Notes under the pieces: model-generated | Seen by the model: only the letters and a program-made list of their open reading frames with translations | What the model was told of the DNA's origin: nothing | The model's database searches: none | Translations under genes and position numbers: made by a program | Assembly (NCBI GenBank): GCA_010093815.1 | Contig: ML996571.1 | Reading direction: 5' to 3' (one strand) | DNA: 64,000 nucleotides | Source of the DNA: Pseudovirgaria hyperparasitica | Taxonomy: Eukaryota | Shown: positions 38,198-50,561 of the stretch, piece after piece | Numbering within the stretch: the stretch's first letter is position 1 | Layout: each line of letters starts with the position of its first letter

Positions 38198-40351
38198 TCA
38201 GTGTCTTGAGCTCTGACTTCCTCTTGCTTCCCAAGGTCTGTTGGCTCGACCTGAGTCTCTGCCTCTTCTTTCTCCAAAGTCTCCTCCCCGGCCACCAAAG
38301 TCTCTGCCTCTTCTTTCTCCAAAGTCTCCTCCCCGGCCACCAAAGTCTCCTCCCCGGCCACCAAAGTCTCCTCCCCGGCCACCAAAGTCTCCTCCACGGC
38401 CGCCAAAGTCTCTTCCTCTGCCGCCTCCACCTCCGCCTCTGCCACCAAATCTGCTGCCAAACGATTGACCTCCACCCATGCCACCTCTTGACATCATCTC
38501 CCCAGCGTCCTGACTCTGGAAGACATCTGCTTCATCCTGATTCTCATCAGGGCCTGTATTGATGCCGCGACAGCGGGAAAGTCCAAGTTTTGCTGCCATG
38601 CTGCGACCAATCGAGGGAGGAGATGTGAGACCCCAGCCAAAGATGGCGAGGTCGTTCAGCGTGTCGACGAGTGTTTGTTTGGGCAGACTGCCTCCAGCCA
38701 CGCCGAACATGGATGAGTAAGAAGCCTTCTTGAAGTCGTATGGGACTCTCCTGTAGGCCTCCCTGAGACCTGCGAAAACTTCAGCCGCAGCTGCAGGCAC
38801 CTGGCCTTCTTGGGTCATGTTGACACTAGCTGTTTGGAGCGAAGTATCGGCCTTGATGGGGATGCCCCTCAACAAACCCCGGACGTGGCGCGAATTCTGT
38901 TGGTCAACCAGGAGCCATGCTTCTCCTTCCTTACCTGCACGAGCTGTGCGCCCAATACGATGGATGTAATCCTCCCTCGCACGAGGAGAGCCAAATTGGA
39001 TGACGTGAGTGACGTTGGGGAAGTCCATGCCTCTTGCAGTAACATCGGATGAAACCAGGATTGCAGATTCCGCATTACGGAAAATCTCTGCTCTCCTGGT
39101 CCTAGCTGACTGGGTCAGTTTGGCGTGGATTTGGAGAACTCTTGTCTTGCTTAAAGGAGACATTCTGTTCAATTTTTGATACGCAGCGAGGGCTTCAAAT
39201 GTAAGGGAGACATCGGCTGTAGTGTTGATGAATATAATGGCCTTAAAAGGTCGACCTCCCTTCGGCTCGGCTATTCCGTTGTTGCAGAGCTCAACCAGAG
39301 CAGGAGTCATATTCTCCAATCCTCTCGCCTCAACTAGTTTTTGCGGTACTCTCTCGTGGGTGGGAGCCTCGTTTTCATCGACACACTTGACAAACTGAAA
39401 CCCTGGGCGTAGAGTCCGTCTGACCATCTGCACGACTTCATTCGGTAGCGTAGCAGAGAACATGAGTTGTTGTCTGGGACGTTCACGAACGTCGGGCAGA
39501 CTCTGCTTGATCTGCTCAATCTCTTTGGTGAAACCGGCTTCCAGCAGGCGATCTGCCTCATCCATGACAAAGCAATCCAAGTTAGGGGCAGAAATGCCGG
39601 ATTGGGGGTCCGCGAGAATATCATTCAAGCGTCCAGGAGTACCGACCAAGATGTGACATCCTTCTCGTCGAACTTGACTGAGATGTAGGCCCTTTTGTGT
39701 TCCTCCGACGGCGACCTGAACGACAAGGTCGGTGCGGGCAGTGACTCGTTTGGCCTCATTGGCAATCTGTTCAGCCAATTCTCTTGTAGGCGAGATGATG
39801 ATTGCACGGATGTCCGAAGGTCTCGCGCGAGCTTTATACCGCCCAGAGATTGATCCGAGTGAGGGCTCTTGTAGGAGAATTCGATGAATCAAAGGAGTCA
39901 AGAATGCAAGTGTTTTACCAGTACCGGTCTTTGCTTGCGCGACGCTGGAAATGTTAGTTCAAGTCTTGGCTTGATGATACTGGTTAACTTACACATCCAC
40001 ACCACTAATAGCCGCATTGATCGACTTGCTCTGCACCTCCGTCATCGTTTCTAACTTCATGTCGGACGTGATCGCCTTAACAAGGTTGGGGTGTACGAGT
40101 CCGCCAGTTCCAAGATCTTCAAATCGAGTGATGTACTGTTGGGGCTCCTTTTCTGTTTCTTGCGCTTCTGCTTGCTGCTGCAACCTCGTGAAGCTGTGGA
40201 ACGACGCAATCCGGGATGGCGTCTGAATTGAAGTAGCTCGCAGACATGCTGCATTCTGACTAAATGATGGCACGACGCGTACAGCCCTTTGAGGACATAG
40301 TGAGAGGGTTCTAGCAATAGATGCAGGGCATCTGCGGAAGGTGCCCAACAT
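38198..40351 (-). CDS. MSS116: Mitochondrial DEAD-box RNA helicase (Mss116/CYT-19 type) with an RGG tail
   Basis: Presequence MLGTFRRCP. Intron 39992-39945 restores AQAKTGTGKT. Motifs PTRELA, TPGRL, DEAD, SAT, ARGMD and HRIGRTARAG, with a basic Gly/Arg-rich C-tail. Confidence 0.92.
38250..38420 (-). repeat. Coding minisatellite with 21/24-nt units encoding GGRGGDF / GERRGRDF
   Basis: CCAAAGTCTCCTCCCCGGCCA is repeated in tandem on the + strand. Confidence 0.9.
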
Positions 40352-41482
40352 TCTTGTCGATGGTGATGTAATGCGACGAAGCAAAGAATTACAACCTTTA
40401 GTATGTAGTAGAACACAGAAGAAAGAACAAGCCGATTATGAAAGAAGAGATAGGAGTGAGGGTAAGGCGAAGTTGTGTGAGGTGTGTGAATCGTGCAATG
40501 GAGCGCGACGAACTTTTTTCTCGAGGGCTAGGATAAGACTTCGATCTAACTGCATTGGTGGTGTATATTGCCGCCTCAGGCATCACATACTGTCAATCCG
40601 CCTTAGGCGCGATTTTATGTCGCCATCATGGGATATCTCAACTACGCCGAGATATACTTATATACACACGCATTGGCTCAGAGACATACATACATCCATA
40701 GATGAAGTCTTGAATGATTGCTTTAATCCATAGACTGAGCTTTTCAGACAGGCTTGTCTTCCCGACAGAGGTTTCAACTTATCGAATCGACAGAAACATA
40801 TCACCCAGGAGATCTTCAATATTACCGCTTTCGCCCATCATCTCACGAATATGAAGCGCGATTCTCTCAATGCGCTGGCCCTGGCTTGATGACCAGTACT
40901 GTAATGCCCGCCAGCAAGCTGTCTCAATCCTTCCTCTCGATGGGAGTTAAATCTCAATGAGGAGGGGTTAATGAACAAGGATAGATCTGTGATCTAGTCG
41001 GTCAATACTGGTGCTTTGGAACGAGTCAGTCCTTGAGTTGTAATGAGCTGGAGAGAATATATTAGTCGAACGAAGCTAGCTGTTCTCAGCACAGTACCGA
41101 CGTACTATTACTCACACCAATAATGTATTACGAACTCTCAGATAGGTCTCATCTGACAATTGAGACTTCCACGGGATATGTGGCAAAGGAACTTGCTTAG
41201 ACACATAGGTAATGTACACCTATTGGTGGCATAGACTTTTGATACGGAGACTCGACCAACTAGAGCTAAAAAGGAATACCAAGAGCAACTACAGCGCAGG
41301 ACTGGCGAGACAACGAAAACAACAACATTCTGAAAACGTTAGTTTGCCAGACGCTAGATTAGATGTGGATCCTAGCCTTGGTATGTACGTCATATCATGA
41401 TGCATCGACTATTTGATAGCACATCCTATCACCAGATGCTAGGACTCAGCACAGAATCGGACCTCTCTGCGCTCGAGCTACC

Positions 41483-42391
41483 ATGTGTTCAGACCCATCT
41501 CTAGCCATACTCACTCCTTCTCCCGACATCTACGGTTATTACGCCGGTCGTACAGGGAAGAGATACCACTCTCCATCTCCAAACTGGCTCGACGACGGCG
41601 CATACACTCTAGGCGTCGCCTCCTATGCCATCGTATCCGCACCTCACGCTCTGGTCTTCGACGCACACATATCCCCCATCCACGCCTCTGCAGTCCTTTC
41701 GCACCTGCGCTCTCTCGGCGTGACGCAGGTGACATGAGTATACAGCCACGCACACAGAGACCACATCGCCGGCGCATCAACATTTCGCAACTCCGCCAAC
41801 CCACGAACCGTGGAGATAATCGCGAGCGAAGAAACGAAGAGACGCATCAAGGACGGACTGGAGAGCTTTCTATCAGGCGACCCGTCCTTCGAAGGCGTGT
41901 TGCCGACGCGCACATTCAATGGTATCCTGCCCCTTTCCGTCGGCGCGCTGGATGTGGAGCTCTGCTCGTTCAATATCCATACCTCTGACTCGATCGTTGT
42001 GTGGATCCCGAGTGTGAAGCTGCTTCTTGCCGGCGATACGCTTGAGGATACGTGCACTTTTATGGCTGAACCGGAAAATGGCGCCGTGCACTTGCGGGAG
42101 TTGGAGCGTATGGAGAGGGATTTCCCTAGTGCACGTATACTCCCAGCGCATGGGAGTGCGGAAAGAATCAATGAGAAGGGGTATGACATGCAATTTGTGG
42201 CCGCGACGAGGAGATATATTGCGGCTATGACGAAGGTAGGAGAGAGGGAGCCGAAGGCGTGGAACGAAAGCTTGCGTGAGGTACAGTGCGTTCAGAAGGA
42301 CTTGCAGAGAGAGGCAGTAGAGTACTGGGGCGAGTATGAGATGGTACATAAGGAGAATGTGCAGGCGCTGAGGAGTCTTACCGGCTCTTGA
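41483..42391 (+). pseudogene. Metallo-beta-lactamase-fold hydrolase gene interrupted by one in-frame TGA (41735-41737)
   Basis: One continuous frame reads ...LRSLGVTQVT*VYSHAHRDHIAG...NIHTSD...LAGDTLED...PAHG. All MBL metal-ligand motifs are present, and there is no plausible intron around the stop. Confidence 0.75.
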
Positions 42392-42508
42392 ATTTATGCT
42401 ATATTGGACTTAACTTTGTGGCAGGAATTCTATTTTGACAAGCGTAAATGGCTAACAGGCGATGAACCCATCGATACGACGTATGCAGGCACTTGTTCCA
42501 AACTATGA

Positions 42509-43633
42509 TTATAGCGGAGCGCACAAGAAGCATGCCCGCGGAAAGATAGCGGCACATGGTGTAAATGAATCATCTGTAGGGACTGAGATGCCATAGCACT
42601 TGCCCTTGTCCGGATTTGCTGCGCAATAGGTGCAGATCTGCTCCACCAGTATCTCTTCGAAACCAATCTCTATGGGGCCCGAATCCCTCTTTCCCCATAG
42701 CTTGAATTGTGTGTAAGCAAAGTGCTGTACGCTGAGCAGAGACCGAATGATCGCCTTCTCGTTAAGAACATGGTCGTTTTCTCCTATGGACACTCCTGCG
42801 TCAGTCTGGAGAAGGGCACCCAGGAAACAGCCAGTGAAGTGGCTTTGTGCCTCTCGCAGCCTTCTCAACAAGGCCTTGCGATCAAACGTATAGGGTGAAA
42901 GATCCTCTGGAAGAAAATAATTGGCTGGAACTACCTGTGTCAAGTGGATCGGCATTTGATCTATAGCGAGAGCCACTATAGTGCGTTCGCGTGAGAGTTC
43001 TAGTGTCATGTTGGTCTGGAGGCCGAACGCATTGAACAGGAATGGCCTGTGTATGTCTTCTAATGTTACAAGTGCAGTAGGCACGCGCAAGAGGCGGATG
43101 CGCCGGGCGTAGGCAAAAGCATGGTTGACCTTGAAGACCGCGAGGACGTATGGTAAAATCCAACTCGCGGACTTGTATCGACACCAGCTGAAGTCGATAA
43201 CATAGGTAAACCGATTGTGGACAACATCGTCAAATTCCTCCAAGATCTCGGGGTTTTCATCATGATAGAGCCACAGCCAGCGGCGGTAAGTTGCGAAACG
43301 CTTGACCATGTTTCGACAGTGACCCCATTCCGCTTTCCACACTTCATTTCGAAAAGTGCCAACGGGGGTCGGTGGAAGTAGGGCCCATTCTGTGGGCTCA
43401 TGTTCGACGAGGCATTGGAAAATTCGGACACGGAGCTCAGGCGGGAGCCTAACGAACAGAGTTTGAGGTGGTCTCTTGGGTTGAACGGCATCGGCCTTCA
43501 TCTTCATTATTCGCTCCTTGACATCTTTCGCAATAACAGCAATGCGATTCTGACCTCTGTACAAGCTGAAAAAGGGTCTGGCGAAAGTCCTGTTCCAGGC
43601 ACAGTTGATACGATCTACGAAGCGCTCATCCAT
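42509..43633 (-). CDS. F-box-like protein, paralog A of a local uncharacterised family; Cys-rich C-terminus
   Basis: LFVRLPPELRVRIF motif; aligns by eye end-to-end with 44146-45237. The start at MDERF (43633) was chosen by analogy, and the ORF is open to 43795. Confidence 0.78.
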   Translation of the reverse strand: MDERFVDRINCAWNRTFARPFFSLYRGQNRIAVIAKDVKERIMKMKADAVQPKRPPQTLFVRLPPELRVRIFQCLVEHEPTEWALLPPTPVGTFRNEVWKAEWGHCRNMVKRFATYRRWLWLYHDENPEILEEFDDVVHNRFTYVIDFSWCRYKSASWILPYVLAVFKVNHAFAYARRIRLLRVPTALVTLEDIHRPFLFNAFGLQTNMTLELSRERTIVALAIDQMPIHLTQVVPANYFLPEDLSPYTFDRKALLRRLREAQSHFTGCFLGALLQTDAGVSIGENDHVLNEKAIIRSLLSVQHFAYTQFKLWGKRDSGPIEIGFEEILVEQICTYCAANPDKGKCYGISVPTDDSFTPCAAIFPRACFLCAPL

Positions 43634-44145
43634 AACGATATAGACGACTGTGGAGACATCGAGATACGATGGGTGCTTCATTGAATCAACAGTACTACAT
43701 TTTAAAAGCACCAAGACTTCTGTGATCGTGAAACGCTCGGAATGACATTGGTATTTGGTCGGTGTTCCATGGCAATGCTCCGACATTGTTTTCACATTGA
43801 CTCACTTCACTTCACTAGCGATGTCCCGCCGACGTTCTCTCATTGGTCCACACCAACGAAAGAGGAAATTCGTGGTTATCGTTGGAGTTCTGTAACGTTG
43901 GAGGTTACTTTAAGGTTTGTGCAAGCTCGTACCATGTGTCTAGCTCCTGCGCAGAAGTCTTCACAGAGCAGAAGTCTTCACTGGTTAAACACATTATGTG
44001 TTATGAACACTATTCCGACTTGCGTTTCTTGACCATTTGTGTCACTTTGCGAAATTTCGTCTGTATAAGAACCAACAATGAACTTGATGTATTCTAAATC
44101 GTGGCTTCTTTGCTTGGCTCTCACCCCTTTTGGTCCGACAAAAAC

Positions 44146-45237
44146 ATGGATGATCAGACGTTTCTATACCGTACCAGGCTTCATGTCTCAGCGCACCTCC
44201 GCAAGGCCAAGTTCAGAGTTTTGAGACTTCATCGACGGTTGCTCGTAGCCCAGCTCAAGATCCAACGAGCGATCATTGACAAACGAGCCACCAGAGCCAC
44301 CGCGTCTCAGACCTTGTACACAAAGCTCCCCCCTGAATTGCGCATCCAAGTCCTCGAACTTGTCCTCGCCGATGAGCCCACGGTCCTACACATGCTCCCA
44401 CCAGGCCTTGGATCCAGCTTGGAACTGGCTGAATTCCAAGTCCACGACAATCAGCGCGCGGCGATGCTGAAGCATTACTGGAGCTACTTCGCCTGGCTTT
44501 TGACGTACCGCGAAACGCGCCCTGAGCTGTGGGACGAGTTGCAGGACGTTGTGCAGCGCCGCACGACTCTCGTCTTCGATTTTTCCTTCTTGAACGTTGA
44601 CACCGCGTTTGCAGACCTAGCGGATTATGCGTTCAATAAGATGATCCAGGACGTCACGCGCGACAATAGCATGTCCGTTCGGCATATACGCGTCACAAAT
44701 GTGCCGACCGCGCTTCTCATACTCCCGAATATACGCGCTTTCGGCCTGCGCACTAACATGGACCTCTACACCACTGCTGACCGCAAAATTAGATGCGTTA
44801 CGAAGGACGCGTTGCCGTCGTTCATGGAAGAAGCTAGTTGGGTTCACCTAGTGAGCCCTCTGAGGTCCATCATGGATCCGCTTGCCACTTTGCAGCAGAT
44901 AAACAAGGCACAGACACACATTCTGGAGTGCTGGCAGGGCGATCTATCAGATCCGACGAAGTATCAAGGCGAGAGTGAGAATCTCGTCACCAACAGGACA
45001 ATCATACAGTCACTATCTAATCTGCAGCGCTTTGCCAAGGCACAGTATACTTATTGGAATGCTGCACGAACGTGCTCAGAGGAAGGGCTTGATAAAGCCA
45101 CATTAGATCAGCTGTGCACGTACTGCGATGGGGTATGCAACGCAGGAATTCGGGGTGAGTGTACGCCAATAGACTCTCAAGTTGCTGGACGTGTTTGCCG
45201 GGATCAGGGGGAAGAATCATGTCCCTTTGAAGTATAG
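44146..45237 (+). CDS. F-box-like protein, paralog B; Cys-rich C-terminus
   Basis: LYTKLPPELRIQVL motif. It shares VPTAL, AFGLxTNM, AQxH and QxCTYC with paralog A. Confidence 0.8.
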   Translation: MDDQTFLYRTRLHVSAHLRKAKFRVLRLHRRLLVAQLKIQRAIIDKRATRATASQTLYTKLPPELRIQVLELVLADEPTVLHMLPPGLGSSLELAEFQVHDNQRAAMLKHYWSYFAWLLTYRETRPELWDELQDVVQRRTTLVFDFSFLNVDTAFADLADYAFNKMIQDVTRDNSMSVRHIRVTNVPTALLILPNIRAFGLRTNMDLYTTADRKIRCVTKDALPSFMEEASWVHLVSPLRSIMDPLATLQQINKAQTHILECWQGDLSDPTKYQGESENLVTNRTIIQSLSNLQRFAKAQYTYWNAARTCSEEGLDKATLDQLCTYCDGVCNAGIRGECTPIDSQVAGRVCRDQGEESCPFEV

Positions 45238-45289
45238 AGCGCTTGAGACATCTGGAATTTGAATAGCATTATTCTTTGAGCATTGTTAC

Positions 45290-47128
45290 CTACCACATCA
45301 TTATTGCAACAGGCACTTGAGCACTTATGAATGCAAGGATGACCTTCCACTGCAGCGCGAATCCGTCTGCGAACAAATGCAAGACATTGTCTCTCTCTGA
45401 TACAGACAAGGTCCGCACGGCCTCTGTTGATCGCAAGATCGCTCCAACCTCTTCGGCATCTACAATATGTCCCAAGCTGGGGTGCAGGCGAGCATTCAGC
45501 ACGGCTGTTATCACTCCAAGTCCAACAGCTCCTCCCAAATAGCGGAACTGAGTGTTGGCTCCAAGGGCCGAAGCTTAATCACGGTCAGCTAACATCGCTA
45601 TACCTGGATCGAAGACTTACAGATGTTCTTGCGCTCTACGATCTGTGGAATACAGGAGGTTGCGATCGCATTGCTAAGCCCTGAACCAAGCCCGAAAAGG
45701 ACTTGAAACCCGTATTGAGAGGCCTGGACTTCGGTAGAGAACGGGAGAAGCGCGAACCCAATGGCGCCAGCGAGCTGGAATGCAGCGCCTACAAGTAGCG
45801 CAAACGTTGGCTTGATCTTGAGTTTCTCGACTGTCGCGGCACCAGCCACTGCGCCAACCGGGACCATAACGATGAATGCAAGAAGACGTATACCAGAGGC
45901 AAGCGCGCTCAAAGAATGAATCGTTTGCAGGCGTTGAGGGATCTGAATGACGGCTGAGGTGAATGGAGCACCAACAAGAAAGGAAACCATGAAAAGCGCA
46001 ATGCACCTCCGCTCTACGAACTCCCAGGATAGGACAGGCACGAGAGCGCTATTAATCTGTGACCCAAGCGTCTCCCACGCGGTGAAGAGGAGGAGACAAA
46101 GGCCGGACACGAGAAGAAGCGCAATGATGAGTCCAGAGCTCCATTCGTAGTCGATTCCGCCCTCCTCGAGTGCAGTCACGAGAGGAACTGATACTCCCAA
46201 GAATAGCAAGGCTCCGACAATGTCTAGGCGTCGTAGCGAGGCGTACGAAATTCGATTACGCTCCTGTGGGCGATTGTGATAAGGGAAGAAGTTAGGGATC
46301 GCAATGCACAGGATGACGAAGGCGACTGCAGCAATTGGTACACTGGAACAATCAGTTTGTGTTCTTCACGGAATAGGATGGCAACGTACTTTATCCAGAA
46401 AACCCATCTCCAACTCGCGTGGTCTACAATCGCTCCTCCAATCAATGGTCCAATGGCAAACGAAACAGCCGTCACAGCCGCAACGAGTGAAACATATTTG
46501 GGGAAGTCCTCAGGCCGGATGGCTTCGGCGATCACAGTCATCGCCATATTATACATGCCAGCACCTCCGATACCCTGAAAGGCTCGAAGAACAATCCTGT
46601 TTACAAGTCAGTAGACGCCACTGATGGGCGCCACAACACTTACAGTTGCGTAGCAGTCTGGGCCGTAGCGCATCCAATCGAGAACGCGATAAACAAAGCA
46701 AAGGCCGCAAGCGTGAACGTTTTCCTACCGAGGACATGACTAAACTGTGCCCAGATGATTAGGAAGCCTGTACATCGTCAGAACTAATATACAACCAGCA
46801 GCCCAAACAGATCCTCACCAGTATAGGTCAACAGATATGAATTGACTATCCATGTGCTGTCACCATAGGACCCAAGATCATTTGTGATCCCCACTAACGC
46901 AGTCCCGGCGATAGACACTTCCATTGTCGCAAGGAAGATGCCCAGGTAGAGACTACAGATCGTCAGTATGTACTTGTAAAGATCCGCTTCGTAACCCGCG
47001 ACCTACCCGACGATAAGACATGACAGACGCCATCCTCGCAGAACAGAAGTATCCTGCTTCTCCTGAATCTGGGTATCCGAATCACTCGCATGCGAAGCGA
47101 CCCTCTCTGGCTCAGGTATACTTGACAT
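45290..47128 (-). CDS. MFS drug:H+ antiporter (DHA2), multi-exon
   Basis: ATG at 47128 (MSSIPEPER), several GT-AG introns, motifs GPLIGGAI, WRWVFWIN, SALASGIRLL and GGAVGLG. The exact 3' end is uncertain. Confidence 0.88.
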
Positions 47129-47598
47129 GATTGCAATGACAACACGACAACAAAAACGACAAGAAATCAGATATCCGGATGCAGAGCAGATCACAATGGA
47201 AGGATCAAGAGTTCACACGGGAAGCCGTATGGATGAATAGGACCCGCACGCTTGGACACGATTGCGTCCAAAGCCATAACGCCCACAAGCTTATCCCAAA
47301 CTCAAGCACCACACGCATGTCTCCGTCTTCATCGCAGATCTCGCCTTGGCTGTTGTAACAACCCGCCGATCGACGCCAGTCCCGCCTGGGGGCCAACGCT
47401 ACGTTTGCGATGAGTATATCCCAGCACGGCGCCCCCTCCCCCTGAGCTCACTCAGCCCTCTCCGGCACATCCGCTAATCAATCCGAACATCCATCCCTCT
47501 TCCGGCAACACGACATGACATCACATGCAGCCCTGTCACCAACGTCATATGTCTCTCGAAACACAACTCCGCATACTGATTCATTCATTACAGTCACT

Positions 47599-49308
47599 CT
47601 ACAAACTACCCCTGGAATATGACTCTACACGATCCATGCGCGGCCGCGCGCTATCCCGCCGCCAGCGCGCTTGCAACTCCGGCCCATTGAAGAAACTCAG
47701 AATATGATCGCGCTGCGCAAACTCGGCGCACGATGCGTCGGTACTGTCGTCGTTATGTGCGCGCCGCACGTCGAGGTGCCATAGGAGCGTTGCTATAATG
47801 GCGCCGACTTGCATGTATGCCATGCTTTGGCCTAGACATGCGCGGGGGCCTAGGGAGAAGGGCATCCAAGCGCGCGCAGCGCGAGTGTCGGGGGCGAGCC
47901 AGCGGTCTGGTTGGTACGCGAAGGGGTCGGGGAAAGCGTCGGCGGAGTGGTGGAGGCTGTATATACCTGTGCCGATGTCGGTGCCGGCGGGAATGTGGAT
48001 ATTGTTGGGGAGGGAGAGGCCCTGTGATTCGACTTCGCGGAAGAGGGCGCCGCCGACGGGGGGTGCAAGGCGGAGGGCTTCGGTGATGCAGGCGTGGAGA
48101 TATGTACAGCGGGCCATTGCGGTGCCGGAGCGGATGGATGACGGGTTGGGGAATGCGGAGCGGATTTCGGTGACGAGGCGGGTGTAGATTGAGGGATTGG
48201 AGGTTGTGTAGTGGAGGGTTGCGGCGAGCGCGGAGGCTGGTGTGCCGGAGCCGGTGACCATGAGGAATTTGCACTCGGACCAGAGCTGTGGGAGGAGTTG
48301 TTCTGGGGGTGTGCTTGGAGCGAGCGAGGATAGCATGGAGTGCATGAGGTTTGGCGTACGGTGGTCTGGCTTCTCGGTTGCGGCGCGGGTGTAGTCTTGT
48401 GCCATGGTGAGGAATTTCAGACCGTACCAAATGCCGCGAGGGCAGAAGAGCTTCTCGAGATGTAGGTTAATCAGGTCGAGGGATTGCACGAAGGCGCTGT
48501 TGAAGCGGTGCAGAGGCGCGATGGCGTCGACCATGAACCGATATGCCGACGAACCCAGGAGGTTGAAATTCTTGCCCAGACATGTCTCGCTCATGATATC
48601 AAAGACCATATATCGACCTACACGAACCGTCAGCACGCAGCCTAGCACATAGTAGAACGAATACGCAAACGCACACAAACTCGATATATCCACCGTATCA
48701 CTCCACTCCTCTCGTCCCTTTGGCGCAATCTGCTCCACAAACTCTCTTGCCTTGTGGAGAGCAAAGTCCTCTGTCCACGCCATCTGCTCTCCGGACAACG
48801 CCTTCCGCACCATTGCACGCTTCTCCGCACTCACTCCTTTATCATGCACATTATGCACATTGCGCGGCCCTGCGATGAGGCCCATGTACGCGCGCGCCTT
48901 CTTCACTTTGTCGGTGCGGTATATCACTATTCGCGTATATCAGTCCGTTTGATCATGCGCTTGATTATGTGCAGTGAGCTTACCATGCGCCGCGTCCACC
49001 GTGTTGAAGAGCAATTTGTTCGACCCATACCGCACCACGTCGCCGTGTTTTTGGTGTAGTCGGTATATATCCTTGTGCATGTCGCCTTTATACGCGTGCC
49101 ATGCTGCGTACCAGTCGCTTGCAGCGGCACATTTCGGGCCTGGGTAATGCGCTAGGGGGTGGAAGTACAGACGGTATATGGTGCGCGCGAGGAACTTTGG
49201 ATCTGATTAGTTGAGTGGGGACGTGAGAGTTTCAGAGATGAATACGTATGCTATGGCTATGAACAGAAACACCAGAATGGAGATCCGGTATGGTGAGATT
49301 TCAGACAT
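47599..49308 (-). CDS. Cytochrome P450 monooxygenase (CYP53-clan-like), multi-exon
   Basis: N-terminal TM helix, YRLYFHPLAHYPGP, K-helix EALR, PDRW and the heme motif FSLGPRACLG. The I-helix reads TGSGT. Confidence 0.93.
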
Positions 49309-50561
49309 GGTCTTTTTGCATCGTGGTGCTTCAAGTGTGGTGTTAAAGATGCTGATGTTTGTGTTTGATGGTTGATTACCTAGGGAAAAGTGTAACCTTC
49401 AAGACAGGAGGACGAGCTACAGAGCCGCACTGCAGGGTCACCAGAGGAGCCGACGCCGCCCGGGAGGATGCACATGCATGGAGGACACAATGATAGAATG
49501 ACAGGACAACAAGGCAAAAGACAAGCGCCCCGTTCTCGCTATCACTACCATTCACGCTGCATCAGAGGGCCAGGCAATGAGACAAGTGCGTCATCCACTC
49601 AACCGTCCGGCTCAGAACTGCCGTTTCTATTTTCGGGATATTGCTGCATGCGGCAATGATGATCAAACATAACAATCGTGTGTCCTATCTCTCTGCCCGG
49701 CTGAATGCCTCGGGGGAGGGGGGTTTGCACGGAGCACAGCAGATCCGCAGCGCCAAAAGTTCCAAAGTGCCGGAAAAGCGGAGCAGCTAGCGTGCGCCTC
49801 ACCCGGCAGCGGTGAATGACAACAGACGTCAACTTGCAGTGCTACATATTATGCTATCTGCGCAGTGCTCTACCATTGATATTATCATCCATGCGATAAC
49901 TCACCATAGCTACGTCTCATGCGTACCAATTCTCACGGCGAAGCCATAGATATACACGTACCATCACAGCATCCTCATACCGAGGCGCATCTAAGCACGG
50001 CCATGTCTTAAACTTCCGCATACGGGCGGCGCCATCGCTCGATCCGATGCGTCATGTCTAGCGTATCCATACCAAGCTATGCAAGTATGAGAGATCGTGG
50101 CCCCCATTCACGGTTGTGTGGGTCGTCTTTTGACCTGTCTTGGACTTAGTGCGCTGCGTGTATATCTTGTCACGCGCTCGCTGGGGTAAGACGGGCTGCT
50201 GGGCAATGCGATTCCGATGGCAGTTTTGCGTGTGGCGTTCTTGGGTGTGGGGTGCTTTCTGACGTGGTGCGTGGGAATAGGGAATAGGAATTAGTGAGGT
50301 TGTACTCGGTGTCGAGGTATGCGACGGGGTTCCGTCTACAAGCCCAGGAGGGTGGGCATGTTGAATGTGAATGATATGGACGCTCTACGAAGGTTGGGAA
50401 GGAATAATGGAGGGGATGGTAAATCAGTAGATTTGGTATATACATTTATTGTGTTCGCTAATGCTATAGTCATGATGCAACGACAACATATCGTTCAAGA
50501 CACCCGCTCCACTCCATTCATCCAGTCAGACCCGCGTAATGATCATAGGCCCTTCACCAAA

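Noticed and set aside
38026..38562. ORFs with LLPGHQS / EETLVAG / PKSPPRP repeats
   Set aside because: They are other frames of the RGG minisatellite in MSS116.
41735..41737. Selenocysteine reading of the MBL TGA
   Set aside because: Ascomycetes lack the Sec machinery, the position is not catalytic, and no SECIS is evident.
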